Part shown: positions 31,588 through 40,246 of the stretch, piece by piece | Layout: each line of letters starts with the position of its first letter | How positions within the stretch are numbered: the first letter of the stretch is position 1 | NCBI RefSeq assembly: GCF_015062905.1 | Contig: NZ_SUTK01000003.1 | Span: 21,942-85,941 of the forward strand | Source: Methanobrevibacter thaueri | GTDB lineage: Archaea > Methanobacteriota > Methanobacteria > Methanobacteriales > Methanobacteriaceae | Direction of reading: 5' to 3' | Length of the DNA stretch: 64,000 nucleotides | Program-made: the position numbers and the translations under genes | The notes under the pieces: model-generated | The model's input: the letters and a program-made list of their open reading frames with translations, nothing else | What the model was told of the DNA's origin: nothing | The model's database searches: none

Positions 31588-32271
31588 ATGAGTTTACTTG
31601 AAGTAAAGAATCTTAAGAAAAGTTTTGATGATAATGTGGTCTTGAAAGATATTTCTCTAAGTGTTGAAAAAGGTGAAGTTTTAGCTATTATAGGACCGTC
31701 AGGTTCCGGAAAATCCACATTGCTTAGATGTATAACAGATTTGGAAACTGAAGACAGCGGTGAAATCAAATTTGATGGAACTTTTGGTTTAGTGTTCCAG
31801 AATTTTAATCTGTTTCCACATCACTCCGTGATGAAAAATATTACCAATGCGCCGTTGCGTGTTCAAAAGAGGAAAAAAAGTGAAGTTTATGCCCATGCAA
31901 GAGATTTACTTAAAAAGATGGGTCTTGAGGATAAGGAGGATGCCTATCCTTGTGAGTTGTCTGGTGGTCAGCAGCAACGTGTATCAATTGCTCGTGCACT
32001 TGCAATGAACCCGGATATTCTATTCTTTGATGAACCAACTTCAGCGCTTGATCCTGAACTGACTGGGGAAATTTTGACAGTTATTAAAGAGCTTGCTGCT
32101 GAACATATGACAATGGTAATTGTAACTCACGAAATGGCCTTTGCCCGTAACGTCGCTGATACCATTATATTTATGGATGGTGGAGTTATCGTGGAGGAAG
32201 GTTCTCCTGAGGAAGTATTTTCATCTGATAATCAGAGGATGAAGGATTTCTTAGGTAAATTTTATGATTAA
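31588..32271 (+). CDS. Polar amino acid ABC transporter ATP-binding protein
   Basis: [33 protein letters not shown]. Confidence 0.92.
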   Translation: MSLLEVKNLKKSFDDNVVLKDISLSVEKGEVLAIIGPSGSGKSTLLRCITDLETEDSGEIKFDGTFGLVFQNFNLFPHHSVMKNITNAPLRVQKRKKSEVYAHARDLLKKMGLEDKEDAYPCELSGGQQQRVSIARALAMNPDILFFDEPTSALDPELTGEILTVIKELAAEHMTMVIVTHEMAFARNVADTIIFMDGGVIVEEGSPEEVFSSDNQRMKDFLGKFYD

Positions 32272-32293
32272 ATTTTTTAATCATCTATTTTTT
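32264..32293 (+). terminator. Hairpin plus T-tract terminator of the ABC operon
   Basis: ATGATTAA/TTAATCAT inverted repeat followed by CTATTTTTT. Confidence 0.45.
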
Positions 32294-32547
32294 CATATTT
32301 TTCTACTATTCGAATAATTAAAATCACGTTCATGTAGATTATTATTTTTTAATGAAACGTATTATTTAATTAATTACATTTTTAATTATTTCATTTCACA
32401 TATTATTTCGAATACTTATGTATATTGTCATATGGATGCATCGTTAAGATTTTTCTTATTTTGACTGAATTGCATGAGATAGGATAATTATATTTAATAT
32501 GGTATACAAATTATGATTAACTATGGATTTATATGAGGTGATAGTTA

Positions 32548-33216
32548 ATGCGTTGTCCTAACTGTGATAGTGAAAATAATGATTCCGCAAAATTTTGTAA
32601 AAAATGTGGAACTCCCTTGAAAAAAGAACTGAGTCATGAAAACATGATTAACTCTATGAACAATAAATCAGGAAAAGATGATACTACCAAATACCTAATT
32701 GTTGCATTGGCAATTGTTGCAATTGTTCTTGCAGGTGCTTTTGTCTATATTTATGGATTTGGTTCACATCAAAGTAATGATTCCCAACCTCAACAAATTC
32801 AAAGTGCTGATGATGACAGCGAACCAGTTCAGGCCGAAAGCTCTTCTTCATCACAAGCTTCACAAGCTTCTAAAAGCACTCCAAAAACCACTTCCATGTC
32901 CATACGGGGTGGAAGCTTTACAACTGGCGGGGAACTGGAGGACAAGACTTATGCTTCTATTGATGTAGGTTCACAGCATGCCGGTGAGAAAGTTATTTTG
33001 CAAATCTTTTATTCACGTGACGGATCCACTTTAAACAATGGTAATATGGTTCCGGTAACCGTGGATTCAAGCGGACATCTTGAAGTATCTAGTGCAGATG
33101 CATACAAATATTTCCCTGACTTTGCTGAAATTAATTTATACGACGAATCAGGCAGCAAATTACTTGATACAAAAAGTGTAAGCTTAAGTCCGGAAGCAGG
33201 TACTCAAACATTCTAA
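32548..33216 (+). CDS. Zinc-ribbon membrane-anchored protein
   Basis: CPNC..FCKKCG, TM helix, Ser/Gln linker, beta-rich C-terminal domain; GAGGTGA RBS. Confidence 0.78.
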   Translation: MRCPNCDSENNDSAKFCKKCGTPLKKELSHENMINSMNNKSGKDDTTKYLIVALAIVAIVLAGAFVYIYGFGSHQSNDSQPQQIQSADDDSEPVQAESSSSSQASQASKSTPKTTSMSIRGGSFTTGGELEDKTYASIDVGSQHAGEKVILQIFYSRDGSTLNNGNMVPVTVDSSGHLEVSSADAYKYFPDFAEINLYDESGSKLLDTKSVSLSPEAGTQTF

Positions 33217-33242
33217 TTGAGTACTGATTTTTTCTTTTTTTT
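33200..33242 (+). terminator. Hairpin plus T-tract terminator
   Basis: GTACTCAA (33200-33207) and TTGAGTAC (33217-33224) span the stop codon, followed by long T runs. Confidence 0.55.
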
Positions 33243-33328
33243 GGATTAGTATTAATCCTTTGATTTCTATTAAAAATAATGCATATTTATATAATTTTTT
33301 TATTAAATATTAATATGGAGATGATTAT

Positions 33329-34651
33329 ATGAATATAACTATAATAGGAACCGGTTATGTGGGCCTTGTAACCGGCGCTTGCTTTTCAAAAATGGGAAAT
33401 AAAGTTTATTGTGTTGATACTGATAGTGAAAAAATTGAAGGCCTTAAGAATAATGTTATACCTATTTTCGAACCTCAATTAAATGAAATCGTTAAAACTT
33501 CACATGATAGAGGGGATCTAGTTTTTACCACTAACATTAGGGATGCGTTGGATAATACGGATATTATCTTTATAGCTGTAGGCACTCCTATGAAAGATGA
33601 TGGAAGCGCAAATTTGGACTATATTTTTGAAGCTGCAAGGAATATTGGAAACAGCTTGTCGCATGATTCCTTAATAGTGATTAAGTCCACAGTTCCTGTA
33701 GGAACTGCATTTGAAGTAAAAAAGGAAATAGAGGATATTCTATCTGAAAACAATTCAAATGTTAAAATTGATATTGCATCCAATCCAGAGTTTTTAAAGG
33801 AAGGCAGTGCGGTTAATGATTGTTTGCGTCCGGATAGGATAGTATTGGGTGCTGAAAAGGACGAAGTATTTGAAACTTTAAAAGATTTATATTCATCTTT
33901 CGTCTTTAATCATGACCGATTTATTTTAATGGATATTAAAAGCTCTGAAATGACCAAGTATGTTGCAAATGCAATGCTTGCAACTAAAATATCATTCATG
34001 AATGAAATTGCGAATATCTGTGAAGTTACCGGAGCCAATATTAAAAATGTGCGTTTGGGAATTGGGTCTGATAAACGTATAGGCTATGATTTTATTTATG
34101 CCGGATGCGGTTATGGAGGAAGTTGCTTTCCAAAGGATGTTCAGGCTTTGATTAATACCGCCCAGCAAAACGGTTATGACCCTAAAATTTTATCCAATGT
34201 TGAAGAGGTCAATAATCATCAAAAGAAGGTCTTGGTGAATAAGGTGGTCAGTAGGTTTGGAGATGATTTAAGTGGCCTTACCTTTGCAATTTGGGGTCTT
34301 TCATTCAAGCCATACACAAATGATGTTCGTGAAGCTACATCACTTACTGTAATCTCATCACTCATTGATAAAGGTGCAAAGATTAAGGCATATGATTCAA
34401 AAGCAATCGAGGAATTTAAAAAGTTCATTGATGACAAATATTTGGATTCTATTGAATTTGCAGACAGCAGATATTCAGCTTTGGACGGTTGTGAAGCATT
34501 GATATTGATCACTGAATGGAAGGAATTCAGAAATCCTGATTTTAATCTTCTTGCAGATAAGCTGAATAAAAAGATAATATTTGATGGAAGAAATATTTAT
34601 AATCCAAAAATAAGAAACATTGGATTTGAATTATATCAAATTGGATGTTAA
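33329..34651 (+). CDS. ugd: UDP-glucose/GDP-mannose 6-dehydrogenase
   Basis: GTGYVG, AVGTP, KSTVPVG, SNPEFLKEG, GYGGSCFPKD, GLSFKP, FDGRN. Confidence 0.92.
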   Translation: MNITIIGTGYVGLVTGACFSKMGNKVYCVDTDSEKIEGLKNNVIPIFEPQLNEIVKTSHDRGDLVFTTNIRDALDNTDIIFIAVGTPMKDDGSANLDYIFEAARNIGNSLSHDSLIVIKSTVPVGTAFEVKKEIEDILSENNSNVKIDIASNPEFLKEGSAVNDCLRPDRIVLGAEKDEVFETLKDLYSSFVFNHDRFILMDIKSSEMTKYVANAMLATKISFMNEIANICEVTGANIKNVRLGIGSDKRIGYDFIYAGCGYGGSCFPKDVQALINTAQQNGYDPKILSNVEEVNNHQKKVLVNKVVSRFGDDLSGLTFAIWGLSFKPYTNDVREATSLTVISSLIDKGAKIKAYDSKAIEEFKKFIDDKYLDSIEFADSRYSALDGCEALILITEWKEFRNPDFNLLADKLNKKIIFDGRNIYNPKIRNIGFELYQIGC

Positions 34652-34723
34652 GAGTTTTAATCCTGTTTTAACACTCATTAACCCTTTCAAACTATGACTT
34701 TATCGAAAAATTGAGGTCAATAT

Positions 34724-35773
34724 ATGGTATTAAAAAAGGAGAGAATATTTTATTTAGATGAAATAAGGGCACTAGCCATCATTTTTGTTATCTTTATTCA
34801 TGTAAGCAAATGGTTTGCATGGGCGGAGACTCCAAATACTTTGTATTGTAATTTCTCTTCTTCTTTTGCAGTATTGGGTGATTTGGGAGTTCCATTATTT
34901 TTCATGATTAGTGGGGCATTATTATTGGATAGGGACTATGAATTTAAATCATTTTTTAAACGCAGATTCAGTAGAATATTTGTTCCGTTTGTTTTCTGGA
35001 TGGCTGTGGTCATACTTTTTAAAGTGTTCCTAATGGACCATGCTTATGGTTTTGATGATATCATGAACATCATATTTAAAGAGGGATATGTTTGGTTCAT
35101 TTGGACATTGGCAGGATTATATTTGTTTATTCCTGTCTTAAGTCCTTTCATTAAAAAGTTTAAGTTTAAAGGTGCCGAATATTTCTTAATAATTTGGATT
35201 ATTACATTTTTCTCTAATGTATTTCACTTTATACCTCCTAAAATTAATTTAACATATTTTTCAGGATTTTTAGGTTATTTTGTATTGGGTTGGTATTTAT
35301 CAAATAAGGAATTTAAATGGTCTGATAAAGCAATGATTGCAATAAGCAGTATAATGTTTTTGGTCTTTACAGGCATACATTTATATGTGATTCTATATTC
35401 AATTGATTTAGGAAATTTCTATTTGACTCCAATTCCTGTATTCCAGGCTTCTGGATTATATTTATTTTTAAGATATTCCGCTAAAATTGCCGAATCCGGA
35501 GAGGGTTCATTAATTTCGAAAATATATTTTGGAATTAAATATTCCAAATTAGGAAAATTAATTTTATCTTTAAGCCTTTGCAGCTATGGAATCTACCTAA
35601 CTCATTATCTTTTTATTTGGGGTTTTCAGATTTTAGATGAAACCTATAACCTATTTTTGAGAAATCCTTTTAAATGGATTCCATTCATGATTTTAGTAGT
35701 TCTCATGGGGTCATGGGCTTTGATTTGGATTTTCAGTAAAATACCTTCTCTAAAAAAGTTCAGTGGAACATAA
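34724..35773 (+). CDS. Acyltransferase family 3
   Basis: RIFYLDEIRALAI, VPLFFMISG, SYGIYLTH; close paralogue of 17990..19051. Confidence 0.88.
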   Translation: MVLKKERIFYLDEIRALAIIFVIFIHVSKWFAWAETPNTLYCNFSSSFAVLGDLGVPLFFMISGALLLDRDYEFKSFFKRRFSRIFVPFVFWMAVVILFKVFLMDHAYGFDDIMNIIFKEGYVWFIWTLAGLYLFIPVLSPFIKKFKFKGAEYFLIIWIITFFSNVFHFIPPKINLTYFSGFLGYFVLGWYLSNKEFKWSDKAMIAISSIMFLVFTGIHLYVILYSIDLGNFYLTPIPVFQASGLYLFLRYSAKIAESGEGSLISKIYFGIKYSKLGKLILSLSLCSYGIYLTHYLFIWGFQILDETYNLFLRNPFKWIPFMILVVLMGSWALIWIFSKIPSLKKFSGT

Positions 35774-35882
35774 TTATGATGTTTCTAAGTAATTATGCAT
35801 AAGTTTTAATTATGTTAAATATATAACTATTATATATACTATTTAAATATAGGAATTAATCATATTTTTAGAGGGGTTAATT

Positions 35883-36968
35883 TTGGCTAAAGTGTCTATT
35901 ATCATTCCTATTTTCAATGTCGAACGCTACATTAATGAGTGCATTGATAGTGTAATTAATCAAACATTAACTGATATTGAGATTATCTGCATTGATGATG
36001 GTTCTACTGATAATTCGCTAAATTTAGTCAAGGAATACTCAGATTCAAGGATAAAAATAATCTCACAAGAGAATAAAGGGCTGGCGGCATCAAGAAACGT
36101 TGGAATTGAACATGCAAATGGTGAATATATTACTTTTTTGGACTCTGATGATTATTTAAGACTTGATGCATTGGAGAAACTTTATGCAGTTTGTCAAGAA
36201 AATTCACTGGACATTGCAATAACTAAAATAATTAACTTTTATGATGATAATAGGGAAGAGTACAGTGACGATTACTTTGATATGAAATTCCTAAAAGATG
36301 CCTGCGGAGATAATGTGTTTAGCTACAGGGATGTTTATGATTCGGTCTTAAATATTTCCGTAACCGGTCCGGCAAAATTATTCAGAAGAGATTTTATTAA
36401 AGACATCAAATATCATGAAAATCTGATTTTCGAAGACAATCCATTTTTTGTTGAAGCAATATTTAAGGCGGAAAGGGTTTATTTTTATGATGAGTATATG
36501 TATTGGAGGAGAATTCGCAAGAATTCAATTACCCAATCCAATTTTTCAAATTTCCCGGATTTAATTGAAATATATAATATTATATATGATTTACTTAAAG
36601 ATCTGGAAGTTTATGAAGATTTTAAAGATAAGATTTTTAAAAAGAAATTCACTAACATTTATACCAGGTTTGTTGAAGTAACTGATGAATATAAACCGGA
36701 CTTTTTTGAAAAAATTCAAGAGGATTTCCCAAAATCCCTTATGGATTTGGAAAAGGATGAGGATTTTGGCAAATTCAATCCTAGAGCAAAATTTATTCTT
36801 TATACAGGCATTAATTCAAAAACTTATCAGGAATTTGAATCAGCTGTTAAGGAATATGACTTAAAAAAGAAAAAACGGAAAAAATCTAAAAAGAAGCCAA
36901 ATATTTTTAAAAGAGTTTATAATAAATTTTTGAAATATATTAGGAAAATGCTTCATTTCCCACGATAA
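35883..36968 (+). CDS. GT2 family glycosyltransferase with basic/amphipathic tail
   Basis: TTG start after GAGGGG; DDGSTD, FLDSDD, FEDN. Confidence 0.88.
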   Translation: MAKVSIIIPIFNVERYINECIDSVINQTLTDIEIICIDDGSTDNSLNLVKEYSDSRIKIISQENKGLAASRNVGIEHANGEYITFLDSDDYLRLDALEKLYAVCQENSLDIAITKIINFYDDNREEYSDDYFDMKFLKDACGDNVFSYRDVYDSVLNISVTGPAKLFRRDFIKDIKYHENLIFEDNPFFVEAIFKAERVYFYDEYMYWRRIRKNSITQSNFSNFPDLIEIYNIIYDLLKDLEVYEDFKDKIFKKKFTNIYTRFVEVTDEYKPDFFEKIQEDFPKSLMDLEKDEDFGKFNPRAKFILYTGINSKTYQEFESAVKEYDLKKKKRKKSKKKPNIFKRVYNKFLKYIRKMLHFPR

Positions 36969-37050
36969 GCTAGTAGATTATAGAAATGCATCTTGTGAAA
37001 AAAAGTTAAAATGTCAATAGGGCGCTAAAAAACATTTAAAAAGGGTTAGT

Positions 37051-38226
37051 ATGGTAAAAATTTCAGTAATTATTCCAGTATACAATGTTGAAGATTACTT
37101 AAAAGAGTGTATTAATAGTGTTGTTAGTCAAAGCCTAAAAGATATTGAAATAATATGCATCAACGACGGTTCAACCGATAATTCGTTGAATATACTAAAT
37201 TCCTATGATGATAAACGTATTAGAATAATCGATCAGGAAAATAAAGGTCTTGCGGCATCAAGGAATATAGGTTTGGATGCAGCAGTTGGGGAATATGTTT
37301 GCTTTTTAGATTCTGACGATTATCTGGAAACATCTGCACTTCAAGAATTGTATGAAATCGCCCAAAGCAACTCTACTGATTTTGTAGTATTTAAATTAAT
37401 AAATTTTGACGATAAAACCAGGGAAAAAATAATAGATGATTATTATGAAAATCTCATTTTAAAAGAAAAAGCGGATGGGAAGGTATTCAATCCTGTTGAT
37501 GACATTGGGGAAAATCTTTTAGGGTTGTCAGTCACCGCACCTGGAAACTTATTTAAAAATGAATTTATTGGGGATATGAGATTTCCTGAAGGTTTGATTT
37601 TTGAAGACAACCTGTTTTATACAGAAGCTCTGCTTAAAGCCAAAAGAGTCTATTTTTATGATAAGCACTTATACTTCAGGCGTGTGAGGTCTGATTCGAT
37701 TACCCAATCACATACTGAAAAATTTTCAGACTGGATAGATATATCTAAATTGATAGTTGAATTAGCGAAAAAATATGGCTGCTATGAAAAGTTAAAAGAT
37801 CAGTTGTATAAAAAAAGAATTGTAGATTCGTACTATCTGTTTACCCACGTAAAAGAGGAAGAAAAGGAGGAATTCTTTCAAAAGATTAAGGCCGATTTTA
37901 ACGATTCGAGAGAAAAATATGAAAATGATGAGGATTTCAAGAATCTCCCTTTCTATGTACGTTTAATGTTTAAATCCGCATTATACTGTGAAAACCATAT
38001 TGAATATGAATCCATTAACCTAAGGCATAAGTTAAGAAAACGGCAGACCAAGATAAACAATAAAATTTTCAGATTAGAATATGAAATTGATGTACTTAAA
38101 AATGATAATACAGAATTGAAAAAAGAAATATCGAAGTATAAGAAGCAAAATAATGCTATTTTCAATTCTAGAAGCTGGAAAATGGTAAAACCGCTTAGCC
38201 AAATCAAAAATGTATTAAGAAGATGA
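37051..38226 (+). CDS. GT2 family glycosyltransferase with C-terminal coiled coil and SRSWK tail
   Basis: NDGSTD, FLDSDD, FEDN; tail IFNSRSWKMVKPL. Confidence 0.88.
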   Translation: MVKISVIIPVYNVEDYLKECINSVVSQSLKDIEIICINDGSTDNSLNILNSYDDKRIRIIDQENKGLAASRNIGLDAAVGEYVCFLDSDDYLETSALQELYEIAQSNSTDFVVFKLINFDDKTREKIIDDYYENLILKEKADGKVFNPVDDIGENLLGLSVTAPGNLFKNEFIGDMRFPEGLIFEDNLFYTEALLKAKRVYFYDKHLYFRRVRSDSITQSHTEKFSDWIDISKLIVELAKKYGCYEKLKDQLYKKRIVDSYYLFTHVKEEEKEEFFQKIKADFNDSREKYENDEDFKNLPFYVRLMFKSALYCENHIEYESINLRHKLRKRQTKINNKIFRLEYEIDVLKNDNTELKKEISKYKKQNNAIFNSRSWKMVKPLSQIKNVLRR

Positions 38227-38230
38227 AAAA

Positions 38231-40132
38231 ATGACAAAAGTTTCTATAATATTGCCTGTTTACAATAGTGAAAAATACTTAAGGAATACTTTAAACTGTA
38301 TTCTAACTCAAACATTAGAAGATTTTGAGTTGATATGCGTTAATGATGGTTCCACAGACGGGTCCTTGGAAATCTTAAATGAATTTTCAAATATTGACTC
38401 ACGGATTAAAGTCATTTCACAAAAAAACAGCGGTCCAGGCAGTGCCAGAAATGCCGGATTAAATGAAAGTGATGGGGAATACATCTTTTTTATGGATTCC
38501 GATGATTATATCGCGCCTGATTTTCTGAAATTAACCTATGACAATATGACCTCTAATGATTCAGACATTGCATTTTTTAAAATTGGCAGCCTCATTGACG
38601 ATAAGAAAACGAATAGTGCGACATATTTTGAGTTTGATAAGATATTTCCGCGTGTGGAGTTTAACAATTTCACTTTTAACTATAAATCCGTTAAAATGTA
38701 TGTGTTAAATGCATATTTTGCCCCATGGACCAAATTATATAAAAATGACTTCTTGAAAAGCTATGATGATTTTGTATTTGATGAAGACTTGCCTTTTGAA
38801 GACATACTTTTTCATGTTAAATCAATGCTGAGGTCATCAAGAATATCTTTTGTTCCAGAATATCTGTACTATTATAGATTGGATAATGAAGATTCCGTTT
38901 CCTATGATTCCACATTACACGATTCCATATTTAAAGTGGTGGACAGGGTTAAGGATTTTCTGGTATCTGAAAATTATTATGATAGATTCAAAAATGAATA
39001 TGAACTGTTTAGGATAGCTCAAATAATAAGACATATTCCTCAAAATCCCGATGAGGAGTACTATAAAAAGGCAAAATCATATTTGGATGGAATAAACTCT
39101 GATAAAAATCCATTGGTTTCAAAGCACATTAAAAGAAGATGGGATGCATTTTCCAATGCCTCAAATCCTTATGTTTATGAAATTAATCGAGAAATTCCAT
39201 TGTTGCATGAAAGACATTCGGAATTGAAGCAGGAAAAACAAAAATTAAAAAAACAGAAAAAGAAATATATTCGCCAACTTGAAAATCAGAAGAACATTCA
39301 AAAAGAGATATATTCTACTAGAATCTGGAAGCTTATTAAAATAGCCAAAACAATAAGGGCATTATTCTCAAATAACAGCGCTGATCTCGAGATAAATGTA
39401 AATGAAGAGGAATTAACCGAAAATTTAAATGAATACAAAAAGATTTATCCTCCTAAAGAATGTCCGATTTGTGGGCATGTGGGAATCGACTTTAGGCCTT
39501 ATCCTCAAATAGTTCACAGGGAAGTGGAATGCCCTAACTGTTTAAGCCATGAAAGGCACAGGGCTCTATGGCTGTATTTCCGGCAGAACAATCACATATT
39601 AAAGAATGGCAACAGGGTTCTTCATTTTGCTCCAGAGGAACAATTCAGAAAATTATTCTCCGAATGCGATATAGAATATCATCCTGTTGATGTCAGTGAT
39701 GAAAAATGGCATATTGAAGAGATAGTTGATGTTCAGGATATTCCATATGAAGACAATTATTTTGATTTGATTTATTGTTCACATGTCCTGGAACATGTTC
39801 CTGATGATAAAAAGGCATTAAGCGAACTTTACCGTGTTCTAAAGCCCGGAGGAACTGCATTAATATTGGTTCCAATCAATGGAATCGCTTTCGAACTTCC
39901 TCACAATTATGAGAAGACACTTGAAGATGCGAAATACAATACTCCTGAACTGAGAGAAAAACATTACGGCCAATTTGATCATGTAAGGCTTTATGGAACA
40001 GATTTTAAAGACAGGTTAATGGAATCAGGTTTTGATATAAAATCTGACGATTTTATTAAAAATTTAGGTCATGAAACGGTTGAGCGATATGCCCTGATAA
40101 AAGATGAAAACATATTTGAATGCACTAAATAG
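38231..40132 (+). CDS. GT2 - coiled coil - class I SAM methyltransferase fusion
   Basis: GT2 (NDGSTD, FMDSDD, FED), Lys-rich coiled coil, then CPICG..CPNC.S.ERHR, VLHFAPE, FDLIYCSHVLEHV, RVLKPGG. Confidence 0.85.
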   Translation: MTKVSIILPVYNSEKYLRNTLNCILTQTLEDFELICVNDGSTDGSLEILNEFSNIDSRIKVISQKNSGPGSARNAGLNESDGEYIFFMDSDDYIAPDFLKLTYDNMTSNDSDIAFFKIGSLIDDKKTNSATYFEFDKIFPRVEFNNFTFNYKSVKMYVLNAYFAPWTKLYKNDFLKSYDDFVFDEDLPFEDILFHVKSMLRSSRISFVPEYLYYYRLDNEDSVSYDSTLHDSIFKVVDRVKDFLVSENYYDRFKNEYELFRIAQIIRHIPQNPDEEYYKKAKSYLDGINSDKNPLVSKHIKRRWDAFSNASNPYVYEINREIPLLHERHSELKQEKQKLKKQKKKYIRQLENQKNIQKEIYSTRIWKLIKIAKTIRALFSNNSADLEINVNEEELTENLNEYKKIYPPKECPICGHVGIDFRPYPQIVHREVECPNCLSHERHRALWLYFRQNNHILKNGNRVLHFAPEEQFRKLFSECDIEYHPVDVSDEKWHIEEIVDVQDIPYEDNYFDLIYCSHVLEHVPDDKKALSELYRVLKPGGTALILVPINGIAFELPHNYEKTLEDAKYNTPELREKHYGQFDHVRLYGTDFKDRLMESGFDIKSDDFIKNLGHETVERYALIKDENIFECTK

Positions 40133-40246
40133 TTTATTTTTTATAAATCTAAGAAATATTTATATTTATTATTAATGTAATATATTAATATCATAAATTT
40201 TCTTTTAAAAATATTAGTAGAGGATAACAGTCTTTTGAGGATTAAC

